From: an uncultured Actinomycetota bacterium
GTDB lineage: Bacteria > Actinomycetota > Actinomycetes > Propionibacteriales > Nocardioidaceae
Length of the DNA stretch: 64,000 nt
Direction: 5' to 3'
Assembly: GCA_963723875.1 (NCBI GenBank)
Contig: CAVRSN010000012.1
Coordinates: forward strand, 24,673-88,672
A program made the position numbers and the translations under genes. Under the pieces are notes generated by a model. That model had not been told where the DNA came from and made no database searches. It worked only from the letters and a program-made list of their open reading frames with translations. The stretch's first letter is position 1. Each line of letters begins with the position of its first letter. Below are positions 8,574 to 17,779 of this stretch, piece after piece.

Positions 8574-9506
8574 ATGAGCAGCATCTCCAGCACCGGCGCA
8601 GGCCCGTCCCACGGGGCGGGCCTGCCCGGTGCTCCCAACCTGAGCCGCCGGGCCCGACCGGCGGAGACCGCGATCCGCGGCATCCTGATGGGCTCCGCTC
8701 TCCTGTCGGTGGCCATCACCGTCGGCATCATCGTGGCCCTGATCCGGCCGGTCATCGACTTCTTCGCCGAAGTCCCGTTCGGCGACTTCTTCGCCACCGA
8801 GGGGCAGTTCGCCGTACTGCCTCTGATCGGCGGCACGGCGGTGACCACGGTCATCGCGCTGCTGGTGGCGGTGCCGCTGGGGCTCGGCGCGGCGATGTAC
8901 CTCTCGGAGTACGCCTCGCGGCGGGCCCGCAAGGTGCTCAAGCCGACCGTGGAGCTGCTGGCAGGCGTGCCCTCGGTGGTCTACGGATTCTTCGCGCTGA
9001 CCTTCGTCACGCCGACCCTGCTGCAGAAGATCTTGAACCTCGAGGTGAACTTCACCAACGCCCTCGCCGCCGGCCTCGTGCTCGGGGTGATGATCATCCC
9101 GACGGTGGCCTCTCTCTCGGAGGACGCGATGTCGGCCGTCCCGCAGGCGTTGCGCCAGGGCTCGCTGGCGATGGGCGCCAACCGGATGCAGACCACGCTG
9201 CGGGTTGTTCTCCCCGCCGCCCTGTCGGGAGTCGCCGCGGCCATCGTGCTCGGCATGTCCCGCGCGGTCGGCGAGACCATGATCGTGGCGCTGGCGTCCG
9301 GCGCCCAGAAGAACCTGTCGGCGGACCCACGTGAGGGGATGCAGACGATGACCGGGTTCATCGCGCAGACGGCAGGTGGTGAGAACCCGGTCGGGTCGAC
9401 GTCCTACAACACCCTTTTCGCGGTGGGGCTCACGCTCTTCGCAATCACCCTGGTCATCAACATCATCAGCATCGCGTTCGTCCGACGGTTCAGGCAGGTC
9501 TACTGA
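8574..9506 (+). CDS. pstC: Phosphate ABC transporter permease
   Basis: Multi-TM permease with an EAA-like loop, positioned between pstS and pstA. Confidence 0.9.
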   Translation: MSSISSTGAGPSHGAGLPGAPNLSRRARPAETAIRGILMGSALLSVAITVGIIVALIRPVIDFFAEVPFGDFFATEGQFAVLPLIGGTAVTTVIALLVAVPLGLGAAMYLSEYASRRARKVLKPTVELLAGVPSVVYGFFALTFVTPTLLQKILNLEVNFTNALAAGLVLGVMIIPTVASLSEDAMSAVPQALRQGSLAMGANRMQTTLRVVLPAALSGVAAAIVLGMSRAVGETMIVALASGAQKNLSADPREGMQTMTGFIAQTAGGENPVGSTSYNTLFAVGLTLFAITLVINIISIAFVRRFRQVY

Positions 9507-10414
9507 TGAGCATCGCCTCCACGACCGCGCGCGACGTCACCGTGGCCACCTCGGCGCGCCGCAGCAAGGACCGCAACGTGTCCTCCTTGGTGTTCCTGGG
9601 GCTGCTCTGGTTCTCCTTGTTCTTCGGGGTGATGGTGCTGCTGGTGCTCATCGTCAACACCGCCGTCGACGGGTCGTCGCGCTTCGACTCCAACCTGCTC
9701 ACCGGCTACATCTCCCGGATCAGCCCGGAGACCTCTGGCTTCCGTGCGGGAATCCTGGGCAGCCTGTGGCTGATGGCCTTCACCGCCCTGTTCGCCGTCC
9801 CTCTCGGGATCGCCGCCGCGCTCTACCTCGAGGAGTTCGCCAACGGCGAGCGCTGGTGGAACCGCGTCATCGAGGTCAATCTGCAGAACCTCGCGGCGGT
9901 GCCGTCGATCGTCTACGGCCTGCTGGCCGTGGCGGTGATGGCGCTGATGGGCTTCGACAACACCGGCATCGTGCTGGGCGGCTCGCTCGCGCTAGCGCTG
10001 CTGATCCTGCCGGTCATCATCATCACCACCCGCGAAGCGGTCCGGGCCGTGCCGACCGACATCAGGCAGGGCTCGCTCGCGCTCGGGGCGACGCAATGGC
10101 AGACCACCTGGCGGCAGACCTTGCCGTCGGCGGTCCCGGGCATCGCCACCGGAACGATCCTGGGGCTGTCCCGGGCGATCGGTGAGGCAGCTCCGTTGAT
10201 CGTGGTGGGCCTCGCCGGCTCCGTGCGCTTCGACCCCACAGGGCTCTTCAGCAGCGTCACGGCGCTGCCGATGCAGGTCTACTCCCTGACCTCGCAGTCA
10301 CAGGAGGACTTCCAGACGGCCGCCTCGGCCGCGATCATCGTCCTGCTGGTGATGATCCTGGGCCTCAACGGCCTGGCCATTTTCATCCGCAACAAGTTCC
10401 AGAGAAACTGGTGA
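9506..10414 (+). CDS. pstA: Phosphate ABC transporter permease
   Basis: Its ATG overlaps the pstC stop (TGATG). It is a multi-TM permease. Confidence 0.9.
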   Translation: MSIASTTARDVTVATSARRSKDRNVSSLVFLGLLWFSLFFGVMVLLVLIVNTAVDGSSRFDSNLLTGYISRISPETSGFRAGILGSLWLMAFTALFAVPLGIAAALYLEEFANGERWWNRVIEVNLQNLAAVPSIVYGLLAVAVMALMGFDNTGIVLGGSLALALLILPVIIITTREAVRAVPTDIRQGSLALGATQWQTTWRQTLPSAVPGIATGTILGLSRAIGEAAPLIVVGLAGSVRFDPTGLFSSVTALPMQVYSLTSQSQEDFQTAASAAIIVLLVMILGLNGLAIFIRNKFQRNW

Positions 10415-10425
10415 GGAGCTCCACC

Positions 10426-11337
10426 ATGGCCCGACGCCCGGCCACCGCGACCACCCGACGGCCCGACGCCGGAGGGGTGCCCAGCGACCAGCACGACGTC
10501 ACGACGATGGCCCAGGCCCACGACGACGCGGCCCGGCCGCTTCCCGACGTACCGCCGGACCCGGTGATGGAGGCCTACAAGCTCAACGTCTTCTACGGCG
10601 ACTTCCACGCCGTACACGATGTGTCGCTGACCTTCGGCAAGCACGAGATCACCGCCCTGATCGGGCCGTCGGGCTGCGGGAAGTCGACGGTGCTGCGCTG
10701 CCTGAACCGGATGAACGACCTCGTCGCCGGCGCGCGCGTCGAGGGCAAAGTGAGCTACCACGGCCAGGACATCTACGGGAAGGGCGTCGACCCGATCGCC
10801 GTGCGCACGCACATCGGCATGGTCTTCCAGAAGCCGAACCCGTTCCCGAAGTCGATCTACGACAACATCGCCTACGGCCCCCGGGTCACCGGCATGCAGG
10901 TCGACAACATGGACGACCTTGTCGAGGAAGCCCTGCGCAGCGCGGCTCTGTGGGACGAGGTGAAGGACAAGCTCAAGCAGTCGGCGTACGGCCTCTCCGG
11001 CGGCCAGCAGCAGCGGCTGTGCATCGCGAGGACGATTGCCACCAAGCCTGATGTGATCCTGATGGACGAGCCGTGCTCGGCGCTGGACCCGATCGCCACC
11101 TCGCGCATCGAGGACCTGATGATGGATCTGCGCGACGACTACACGATCATCATCGTCACCCACAACATGCAGCAGGCTGCACGCGTCTCTGACCGGACGG
11201 CGTTCTTCACCGCCAGGCCGGACGAGACGACCGGCAACCGGACCGGGCTGCTCGTGGAGTTCGACAAGACCACTCAGATCTTCTCGAACCCGAACGACCA
11301 GCGGACAGAGGACTACATCTCAGGTCGCTTCGGCTGA
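10426..11337 (+). CDS. pstB: Phosphate ABC transporter ATP-binding protein
   Basis: Walker [10 protein letters not shown], signature LSGGQQQRL, Walker B ILMDEP. ATG 10426 lies 7 nt after GAGGAG; the track ORF starts at GTG 10411. Confidence 0.95.
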   Translation: MARRPATATTRRPDAGGVPSDQHDVTTMAQAHDDAARPLPDVPPDPVMEAYKLNVFYGDFHAVHDVSLTFGKHEITALIGPSGCGKSTVLRCLNRMNDLVAGARVEGKVSYHGQDIYGKGVDPIAVRTHIGMVFQKPNPFPKSIYDNIAYGPRVTGMQVDNMDDLVEEALRSAALWDEVKDKLKQSAYGLSGGQQQRLCIARTIATKPDVILMDEPCSALDPIATSRIEDLMMDLRDDYTIIIVTHNMQQAARVSDRTAFFTARPDETTGNRTGLLVEFDKTTQIFSNPNDQRTEDYISGRFG

Positions 11338-11391
11338 GCTTCGGTGTTGGCGGCGAGCGCCGAAAGCCCGCCACCAGCGACGGCGACCGAA

Positions 11392-11432
11392 CAACGCCGG
11401 CAACGCCGGCAACGCCGGCAACGCCGGCAACG
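11392..11432. repeat. 9-bp tandem repeat (CAACGCCGG x4.5)
   Basis: Read directly: copies at 11392-11400, 11401-11409, 11410-11418 and 11419-11427, plus a partial copy. Confidence 0.9.
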
Positions 11433-11476
11433 TCACCACGGTCACGCTGACCTACAAGGTGAAGAAGAAGACCTGA
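11393..11476 (+). pseudogene. Orphan C-terminal remnant paralogous to the end of the downstream LTD protein
   Basis: One frame reads NAGNAGNAGNAGNVTTVTLTYKVKKKT*. Gene 11566..12507 ends QAGNETRVSLTYHVKPPKG*. There is no upstream coding body. Confidence 0.5.
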
Positions 11477-11565
11477 CCCGTGCGGCCGACGTACGGCCGT
11501 TACGCCGCCATTACGGCCCGCCGGTGTGCTGGCAGAGACCTGCCGCACAACCCGGAGGGACCGCC

Positions 11566-12507
11566 ATGCACCGCACGCTCGTGTCCGTCGTCGGCACTGC
11601 CGCCCTGCTGACCAGTCTGATGACCGGCCTGTTGACCGGCCTGGTCGCGATCAGCCCGATCGCCCACGCCACCTTCGGCGTGGTCGGGCTCAACGAGGTC
11701 GAATCCCAGCCCCGTGCGGGTGGGGAGGACTGGGTCGAGATCGTCAACGTCTCCGGGGGACCGCTCAGCATCGGGGGCTGGAAGATCAGGGACCTGGCTG
11801 GCAACTCGTTCACGGTGCCCGCCGCAACCGCGCTCCATCCCGGAGGTCACTACGTGTTCGATGTCGGCTCGGTCCTGAGCAGCGACGACGTGGTCGTTCT
11901 GACCGACAGCTCCGGCACGGATGTCGACTGGTTCCACTGGTTCTCGCACGCCGCGGAGGGCACCTGGTCACGGTGCGTCGAGGGCACCGGCAGCTTCCTC
12001 GACTCCGCCCCGTCCAGAGGCTCGGCCAACCCGTGCCGCGGCCCCGACATCACGGCGTCGGTCAGCTCCACGAAGCCGATCACTGCCAACGGCTGGTACG
12101 GCGCGCCGGTAACGATCACCTACACCTGCAAGGCCGGCTACGCGCCGCTGAGCGTGTGCTCGTTGCCGATCACGCTCTACTCGCACGGTGAGGCCCAGTC
12201 CGTCGTGGGCTCCGTCTTCGACACCAGCGGAGCCTCCGACAAGATCAGGGTGGAAGGCCTCGACATCGACCTCCACGGGCCGAAGCTGGTGATCAAGGGC
12301 GTGGAGAGCAAGACCTACAACATCAAGCAGTATCCGAAGCTGAAGGCCGGGGACCCGGACTCGGGCCTGGCCAAGACGAGGCTGCGGCAGAGAGCCAAGT
12401 ACTACTCCTGGGGAGTCAAGTACTTCGTCAGGGCCCAAGGGTGGGACCAGGCCGGCAACGAGACCCGCGTCTCTCTGACCTACCACGTCAAACCGCCGAA
12501 GGGCTGA
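11566..12507 (+). CDS. Secreted lamin-tail-domain (LTD) protein
   Basis: ATG after GGAGGGA. Signal/TM segment MHRTLVSVVGTAALLTSLMTGLLTGLVAISPIAHA. LTD-like region LNEVESQPRAGGEDWVEIVNVSGGPLSIGGWKIRD. Confidence 0.7.
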   Translation: MHRTLVSVVGTAALLTSLMTGLLTGLVAISPIAHATFGVVGLNEVESQPRAGGEDWVEIVNVSGGPLSIGGWKIRDLAGNSFTVPAATALHPGGHYVFDVGSVLSSDDVVVLTDSSGTDVDWFHWFSHAAEGTWSRCVEGTGSFLDSAPSRGSANPCRGPDITASVSSTKPITANGWYGAPVTITYTCKAGYAPLSVCSLPITLYSHGEAQSVVGSVFDTSGASDKIRVEGLDIDLHGPKLVIKGVESKTYNIKQYPKLKAGDPDSGLAKTRLRQRAKYYSWGVKYFVRAQGWDQAGNETRVSLTYHVKPPKG

Positions 12508-12527
12508 GCCGTCGGGGCAGCCAAGGG

Positions 12528-12595
12528 GGGATAGTCCCAGACGTTCTCAACCCGGCTGCCGCTCAGTCCAGGTTGAGAAGGTCTAGGACTATCCC
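12528..12595. repeat. 68-bp palindromic element, copy 1
   Basis: Arms are GGGATAGTCCCAGACGTTCTCAACC (12528..12552) and GGTTGAGAAGGTCTAGGACTATCCC (12571..12595). 23 of 25 positions are complementary and the loop is 18 nt. Confidence 0.9.
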
Positions 12596-12623
12596 GACAC
12601 GACGGGCCCGTGGGGCCCTGTGG

Positions 12624-13751
12624 ATGACGCCGAGGCGATGGGTCCGGAGTGGGCATGAGAACGGCGTGGACTTCGACGGAGTGGGAGCAGGGCACGGGTT
12701 CGTGCATCCGGTGCGCGTCGATCCGACAGGGAGGCAAGGCCCTCGCTATCGGCAGGCCGCCGGAACCGAATGGCGGCCCAGTAGCCGTGGGCGCTACGTC
12801 CATGCTTCCGTCCCGCTGACGGCGTGCCAACGGATCGGCGAGGTCGGGATCCTGCTCCCTCCGAAGGCGGGGGTGACCGGCTGGGCGTCGCTGCGCTGGC
12901 GCGGCGCGTGGTGGTTCGGAGGGACGACGGCCCGTGGCGTGCATCTGCCCGTCCCCGTTGCCATGCCGCGAGCGCTCATCCGGCCCCAGCCCTCGTTCGT
13001 GATCTGCACCGAGCGCTGGGACCCTCGAGAGCTGGAGGTCGTCGACGGGCTCCAGCTCGCGTCCGCGGTGCGGGCCGTCTGCTTCGCGATGCGATACGCC
13101 CCGGATCTGCCGGCTGCGGTGGTCGCGCTCGAGATGGCGGCCTACCACGACCTCGTCTCGGTCGAGGAGGCGAGCGCGTGGATCGATGTCCACCCCAGCT
13201 ACACCGGCATCGAGCAGGCCCGGCAGGCGCGCGACCTGGCCGACGAGAACAGCTGGTCCCCTCGAGAGTTCGCACTGCGGGAGAACTGGCCGTCGCGCTT
13301 CCCCAGCCCCCTGACGAACCGGCCCGTCTTCGACCTCAATGGCCGCCACATCGGCACCCCGGACGTCATCGACCCCGTGTACGGCGTGGCCGGCGAGTAC
13401 GAAAGCGAGTTGCACCTGGCCAGCTCACGACGTCTCAAGGACCTCGGCCGCGAGGAGGACTTCAGGCAGCACGGGCTGGAGCCGGTCACGATGGTGTCCG
13501 GCGACGTGATCCTTCCCGGGCCGTTCCAGATGCGGCTGCGGTCGGCGTACCAACGCGCGGAGCAGCGGCCGGTCTCCGAGCGGCGGTGGACGTTGGAGCT
13601 CCCTCCGTGGTGGGTGCCCACCTTCACCGTGGAGCAGCGCCGTGCGCTCAGCGACCGAGATCGCGCCATCTGGTTGCGGCACCGAGAAGACCCCGCCGAC
13701 GCCGCCCCCGGTGGGATAGTCCCCGACCTTTCCGACGGCTGGCCCGCCTGA
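12624..13751 (+). CDS. Hypothetical protein with a DUF559/Vsr-like (PD-(D/E)xK fold) C-terminal region
   Basis: TPDVIDPVYGVAGEYESELHLASSRRLKDLGREEDFRQHGLEPVTMVSGDV resembles the D...EYDG..H...D..R...G core of DUF559-type endonuclease-fold proteins. The start is taken at ATG 12624. The last ~13 codons are encoded by repeat copy 2. Confidence 0.5.
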   Translation: MTPRRWVRSGHENGVDFDGVGAGHGFVHPVRVDPTGRQGPRYRQAAGTEWRPSSRGRYVHASVPLTACQRIGEVGILLPPKAGVTGWASLRWRGAWWFGGTTARGVHLPVPVAMPRALIRPQPSFVICTERWDPRELEVVDGLQLASAVRAVCFAMRYAPDLPAAVVALEMAAYHDLVSVEEASAWIDVHPSYTGIEQARQARDLADENSWSPREFALRENWPSRFPSPLTNRPVFDLNGRHIGTPDVIDPVYGVAGEYESELHLASSRRLKDLGREEDFRQHGLEPVTMVSGDVILPGPFQMRLRSAYQRAEQRPVSERRWTLELPPWWVPTFTVEQRRALSDRDRAIWLRHREDPADAAPGGIVPDLSDGWPA

Positions 13752-13780
13752 GGCAGGTTGGAAACGTCTGGGACTATCCC
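13713..13780. repeat. 68-bp palindromic element, copy 2
   Basis: Arms are GGGATAGTCCCCGACCTTTCCGAC (13713..13736) and GGTTGGAAACGTCTGGGACTATCCC (13756..13780). Both arms and loop are homologous to copy 1. Confidence 0.9.
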
Positions 13781-13788
13781 CAACAGTG

Positions 13789-14799
13789 TCAGGGCAGGCG
13801 GAAGACCAACCGGCAGATGACGTAGATCAGGGCGGCGGCGGAGCCGGCCATGGGGAAGGTGAGGATCCAGGCGGTCACGATCGAGCGGGCCACACCCCAG
13901 CGGACCGCGGAGAACCTCTTGGTGGCACCGGCGCCCATGATCGCCGTGGTGATCGTGTGCGTGGTCGAGATCGGGGCGTGGAAGACGAACGCAGTCGTGT
14001 ACATGACCGTGGTGGCGGCCGCCTCGGCCGAGAAGCCGCGGGCCGGGTCGAGGGCGATGATCTTCCGGCCCATGGTGCGCATGATCCGCCAGCCGCCGGA
14101 GTAGGTGCCGAGCGAGATCGCGCCCGCCGCGGACAGCACGACCCACAGGGGCAGGCCATCGTCGCTGGCCGAGTAGTAGCCGGCGGTGGTGACGGCCAGG
14201 AAGATCACGCCCATCGTCTTCTGAGCGTCCTGAAGACCGTGGCCCAGGGCCAGGCCGGCGGCCGAGAGGGTCTGCAGCATCCGGAAGCCACGGAAGACCT
14301 TGTGCGGGTTCCGGCGCCGGAAGATCCACATGATCGACAGCATGATGATGAACGCGAGCGAGAAGCCGACGATCGGGGAGGCGATCATCGGGATGACGAC
14401 CTTCTCGACGATCGTGCTCCACTCGATCGTCACGCCGCCGGCGAGCCCGGCGCCGACCAGACCCCCGATCAGCGCGTGTGACGACGAGGAGGGAAGCCCG
14501 AAGTACCAAGTGACCAGGTTCCACGTGATCGCTCCGAGCAGGCCGGCCAGGATGATGACCAGCCCGTGGTTCTGTGAGACCCCGTCGATGGTCAGCACGC
14601 TCTGGACGGTCTTGGCGACTTCCTGACCGAGGAGGGCGCCGACGAAGTTCATCACCGCGGCCAGGATCAGCGCGATCCGCGGCGTCAACGCCCGAGTCGA
14701 GATCGAGGTGGCGATGGCGTTCGCCGCGTCGTGGAATCCGTTGGTGTAGTCGAAGGCCAGGGCGACGACAACGACCGCGATGACGATCGCGAGCTCCAT
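13789..14799 (-). CDS. pit: Inorganic phosphate transporter (PiT family)
   Basis: MELAIVIAVVVVALAFDYTNGFHDAANAIATSI contains the PHO4 signature. The protein is multi-TM. Confidence 0.9.
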   Translation of the reverse strand: MELAIVIAVVVVALAFDYTNGFHDAANAIATSISTRALTPRIALILAAVMNFVGALLGQEVAKTVQSVLTIDGVSQNHGLVIILAGLLGAITWNLVTWYFGLPSSSSHALIGGLVGAGLAGGVTIEWSTIVEKVVIPMIASPIVGFSLAFIIMLSIMWIFRRRNPHKVFRGFRMLQTLSAAGLALGHGLQDAQKTMGVIFLAVTTAGYYSASDDGLPLWVVLSAAGAISLGTYSGGWRIMRTMGRKIIALDPARGFSAEAAATTVMYTTAFVFHAPISTTHTITTAIMGAGATKRFSAVRWGVARSIVTAWILTFPMAGSAAALIYVICRLVFRLP

Positions 14800-14808
14800 T
14801 GGTGGTGC

Positions 14809-15426
14809 TCAGCTCTCCTTGACGGCGATCTGCTCGACCGTGTGGGCCACGCTCTCGAACGCGTCGATTGCTCGCTCCAGGGCCTCCACGATGTCCTTCA
14901 GCTTGAGCACCTCGATCGTCTTGAACTCGCCCGAGAACAGCTTGGCCAGCATCCGGCGGTGGTTCTTGTCGCCGGTGTTCTCGAGCCGGTTGATCTCGAT
15001 CCAGTACTCCTCGAGCTTCGACGGGGTCTGCAGCCCGGGCATCGCGGCCGCGGTCAGCTCGGCGCACCGCTGGAGCACTTCCACCTGCTGCGAGAGCTCG
15101 GGCGGCAGCTCCTTCACCTCGTAGAGCAGGATGAGGTCGACGACCTCGTCCATCATGTCCATGACGTCGTCGAGCCCCGAGCCGAGCCGGTAGATGTCCT
15201 CCCGGTCGAACGGCGTCACGAACGTGGAGTTCACCCGCTTGAACAGCGCGTGCGTCGTCTCATCGGCCTCGTGCTCGGCCTGGCGCATCCGGGCCGCGAC
15301 CTCGGTGTGCACCGCGGTCTCGCTGAGCATCTCGGCCAGCAGGCCGGCTCCGACGACGAGGTGCTGCGCCGACTCGGTGAAGAGGTCGTAGAACCCCGTG
15401 TCGACCGGGCGAAAACGCAATGCCAC
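14809..15426 (-). CDS. DUF47 / PhoU-like Pit accessory protein
   Basis: VALRFRPVDTGFYDLFTESAQHL... is a helical protein sitting directly upstream of pit. The start is GTG 15426 after AGGAGA; the track ORF extends to 15456. Confidence 0.85.
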   Translation of the reverse strand: MALRFRPVDTGFYDLFTESAQHLVVGAGLLAEMLSETAVHTEVAARMRQAEHEADETTHALFKRVNSTFVTPFDREDIYRLGSGLDDVMDMMDEVVDLILLYEVKELPPELSQQVEVLQRCAELTAAAMPGLQTPSKLEEYWIEINRLENTGDKNHRRMLAKLFSGEFKTIEVLKLKDIVEALERAIDAFESVAHTVEQIAVKES

Positions 15427-15550
15427 TGACTTCTCCTGGCGAGACTGGGAATCCACTTGCTGGGCCGCTGCGGGCCGCCCGACAGCCTAGGGGGTGCCCC
15501 CGCGCAGAGCACAAGTCAGGGGGCCAAGGGATTACCCCAGGAGTTCACTC

Positions 15551-17704
15551 TCAGGTGCGGCGCCGGCGGTGGCGCTCGATCAGAGCCTCCTGATATGGGA
15601 CCGCGCCGTCGTTGTGCACCCAGTCGCCGTTGCTGCGCAGCTCCCACGCAGACGTGTCCGGCTGGAACGCCAGGTCGAGCAGCTCACCGACGTCGGCGAC
15701 CAAGGGGGTCTCGGGCAGTCGGACCAGCACCTCGACCCGGCGGTCGAGGTTGCGGTGCATCATGTCGGCTGAGCCGATCCACGCCTCCGGGTCGCCGCCG
15801 TTGTCGAACCAGTAGACCCGGCTGTGCTCGAGGAAGCGCCCGAGTATCGAGCGCACCTCGATGGACTCCGACAGCCCCGGGACCCCGGGTCGGAGACCGC
15901 AGATCGCGCGGGTCAGCAGCTGGACCGGGATGCCTTCCTGGGAGGCCAGGTAGAGCGCGTCGATGACGCCCTCGTCGACCAGCGAGTTCATCTTCATCCG
16001 GATCCGCGCGGGACGGCCGCCGCGGTGGTGCTCGATCTCCCGGTGGATCCGCTCGACCAGCCCGGTGCGCACCGCGTCGGGCGCCACCATCAGCTGGTCG
16101 TACGACGGGTTGCGGGCGAAGCCGGACAGGTTGTTGAACAGGTGTGCGACGTCCTCGCCGATCACCTCGTCGGTGGTGAGCAGGCCCAGGTCCTCGTAGA
16201 TCCGCGCGGTCTTGCCGTTGTAGTTGCCCGTGCCGATGTGGGTGTAGCGGTGGATGCCGTCCGGCTCGTCGCGCACCACAAGGGCGAGCTTGCAGTGCGT
16301 CTTCAGCCCGACCTGGCCGTAGACCACGTGGGCCCCGGCCTGCTCGAGCTTGCGCGCCCACCTGATGTTGGCCTCCTCGTCGAAACGCGCCTTGATCTCG
16401 ACCAGGACCAGCACCTGCTTGCCGGCCTCGGCCGCGTCGATGAGGGCATCGATGATCGGGGAGTCGCCGGAGGTGCGGTAGAGGGTCAGCTTGATCGCGA
16501 GCACGTGCGGGTCGGCGGCGGCCTGCTCGATGAACCGCTGCACCGACGTGGCGAACGAGTCGTAGGGGTGGTGCAGGAGTACGTCGTGGCGCCGGGTCGC
16601 CTTGAAGACGTCGACGGGCGCGGAGGACTCCACCTCGGCCAGCAACGGGTGGGTGGTCGGCACGAACGCGGGGTACTTCAGGGCCTCGCGGTTCTGGTTG
16701 GCGATGCCGTGCAGGCCGCGCAGGTCGAGCGGGCCGGGGAGCCGGAACACCTCTTCGGCGCTGACGCCCAGCTCGGTGACGAGCAGGTCGAGGACGCCCT
16801 GGGTCATCGACTCCTCGACCTCGAGCCGGACCGGCGGGCCGAACCGGCGTCGGAGCAGCTCCTTCTCGAGAGCGGCGAGGAGGTTCTCGGCATCGTCCTC
16901 CTCGACCTCGAGGTCTTCGTTGCGGGTCACCCGGAAGGTGTGCACCTCGAGCACCTCCATGCCCGGGAACAGCCGCTTGAGGTGCTCGCCGATGACGTCC
17001 TCCAGCGGAACGAACCGCTGGTTGCCGAGCGGCACGAACCGGTCGAAGATCGGCGGCACCTTGACCCTGGCGAAGTGCTGCTTGTCGGTCTTGGGGTTGC
17101 GGATCGTGACGGCCAGGTTGAGCGACAGGCCGGAGATGTAGGGGAACGGGTGTGCCGGGTCGACCGCGAGCGGGGTGAGCACGGGGAAGATCCGCTCCTT
17201 GAAGAGCTTCTTGCAGTACTTCTGCTCGTCGCGGTCGAGGTCGCGCCAGCGGACGAGCTGGATGCCGGCGTCGAGGAGTGCCGGCACCAGCTGCTCGGCG
17301 AACAGCCGCGCGTGCCGCTCGCTCAGCACCCGGGACTTCTCCCAGATCCCCTCGAGCACCTCCCGGGGCAGCAGCCCGGAGGCCGCCTTGACCGCCAGGC
17401 CGGCGGCGATCCGGCGCTTGAGGCCGGCCACCCGGACCATGAAGAACTCGTCGAGGTTGCTGGTGAAGATCGCCGCGAACCGGACCCGTTCGAGGAGCGG
17501 CTGCTTGTCGTCCTCGGCCAGCTCGAGCACCCGCTGGTTGAGCCGGAGCCAGGACAGCTCGCGGTCTAGGAACCGGTCCTCGAACTTCTCGACTCCTGCG
17601 AGCGCGGCCTCCGTCGCGACGTACGGCGGCTCGACGTCGAAGGTCTCCTCGGGTACGCCGTCGCCACGGGTCGCGACGGCGGGGTCGGCGCTGTCGAGGG
17701 TCAT
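15551..17704 (-). CDS. ppk: Polyphosphate kinase 1
   Basis: 717-aa PPK1 with the [12 protein letters not shown] start region and the autophosphorylation-site context [14 protein letters not shown]. The start is ATG 17704 (MTLDSADP). Confidence 0.95.
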   Translation of the reverse strand: MTLDSADPAVATRGDGVPEETFDVEPPYVATEAALAGVEKFEDRFLDRELSWLRLNQRVLELAEDDKQPLLERVRFAAIFTSNLDEFFMVRVAGLKRRIAAGLAVKAASGLLPREVLEGIWEKSRVLSERHARLFAEQLVPALLDAGIQLVRWRDLDRDEQKYCKKLFKERIFPVLTPLAVDPAHPFPYISGLSLNLAVTIRNPKTDKQHFARVKVPPIFDRFVPLGNQRFVPLEDVIGEHLKRLFPGMEVLEVHTFRVTRNEDLEVEEDDAENLLAALEKELLRRRFGPPVRLEVEESMTQGVLDLLVTELGVSAEEVFRLPGPLDLRGLHGIANQNREALKYPAFVPTTHPLLAEVESSAPVDVFKATRRHDVLLHHPYDSFATSVQRFIEQAAADPHVLAIKLTLYRTSGDSPIIDALIDAAEAGKQVLVLVEIKARFDEEANIRWARKLEQAGAHVVYGQVGLKTHCKLALVVRDEPDGIHRYTHIGTGNYNGKTARIYEDLGLLTTDEVIGEDVAHLFNNLSGFARNPSYDQLMVAPDAVRTGLVERIHREIEHHRGGRPARIRMKMNSLVDEGVIDALYLASQEGIPVQLLTRAICGLRPGVPGLSESIEVRSILGRFLEHSRVYWFDNGGDPEAWIGSADMMHRNLDRRVEVLVRLPETPLVADVGELLDLAFQPDTSAWELRSNGDWVHNDGAVPYQEALIERHRRRRT

Positions 17705-17779
17705 GTCGTCAGTGTGGCACCGGCGCGTGAACGGAGGGTGACGCCGAAGGGCTGAGCACACACCTCGGTGCGCGGGAGG

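Noticed and set aside
11392-11432. Short tandem repeats (9-bp at 11392, 11-bp at 28069, 12-bp at 30030, 74-bp at 43554) considered as a possible CRISPR array
   Set aside because: There are no unique spacers between the repeats, the unit sizes are wrong, and no cas genes are present. They are simple tandem or VNTR-type repeats.
15541-15551. A single GTTCAC unit (GAGTTCACTCTCA) upstream of the DUF47-pit operon, considered as a PHO box
   Set aside because: There is only one unit, it overlaps the ppk stop codon, and no in-phase 11-nt partner exists. This is insufficient compared with the pstS array.
15824-17569. A 581-aa ORF antisense to ppk. The same applies to 2351..3922 antisense to the beta-helix gene, 7518..8612 antisense to pstS, and 47967..49838 antisense to the epimerase and GT genes.
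   Set aside because: These are the same high-GC antisense artefact. The sense strands encode unmistakable PPK1, PstS and the other products.
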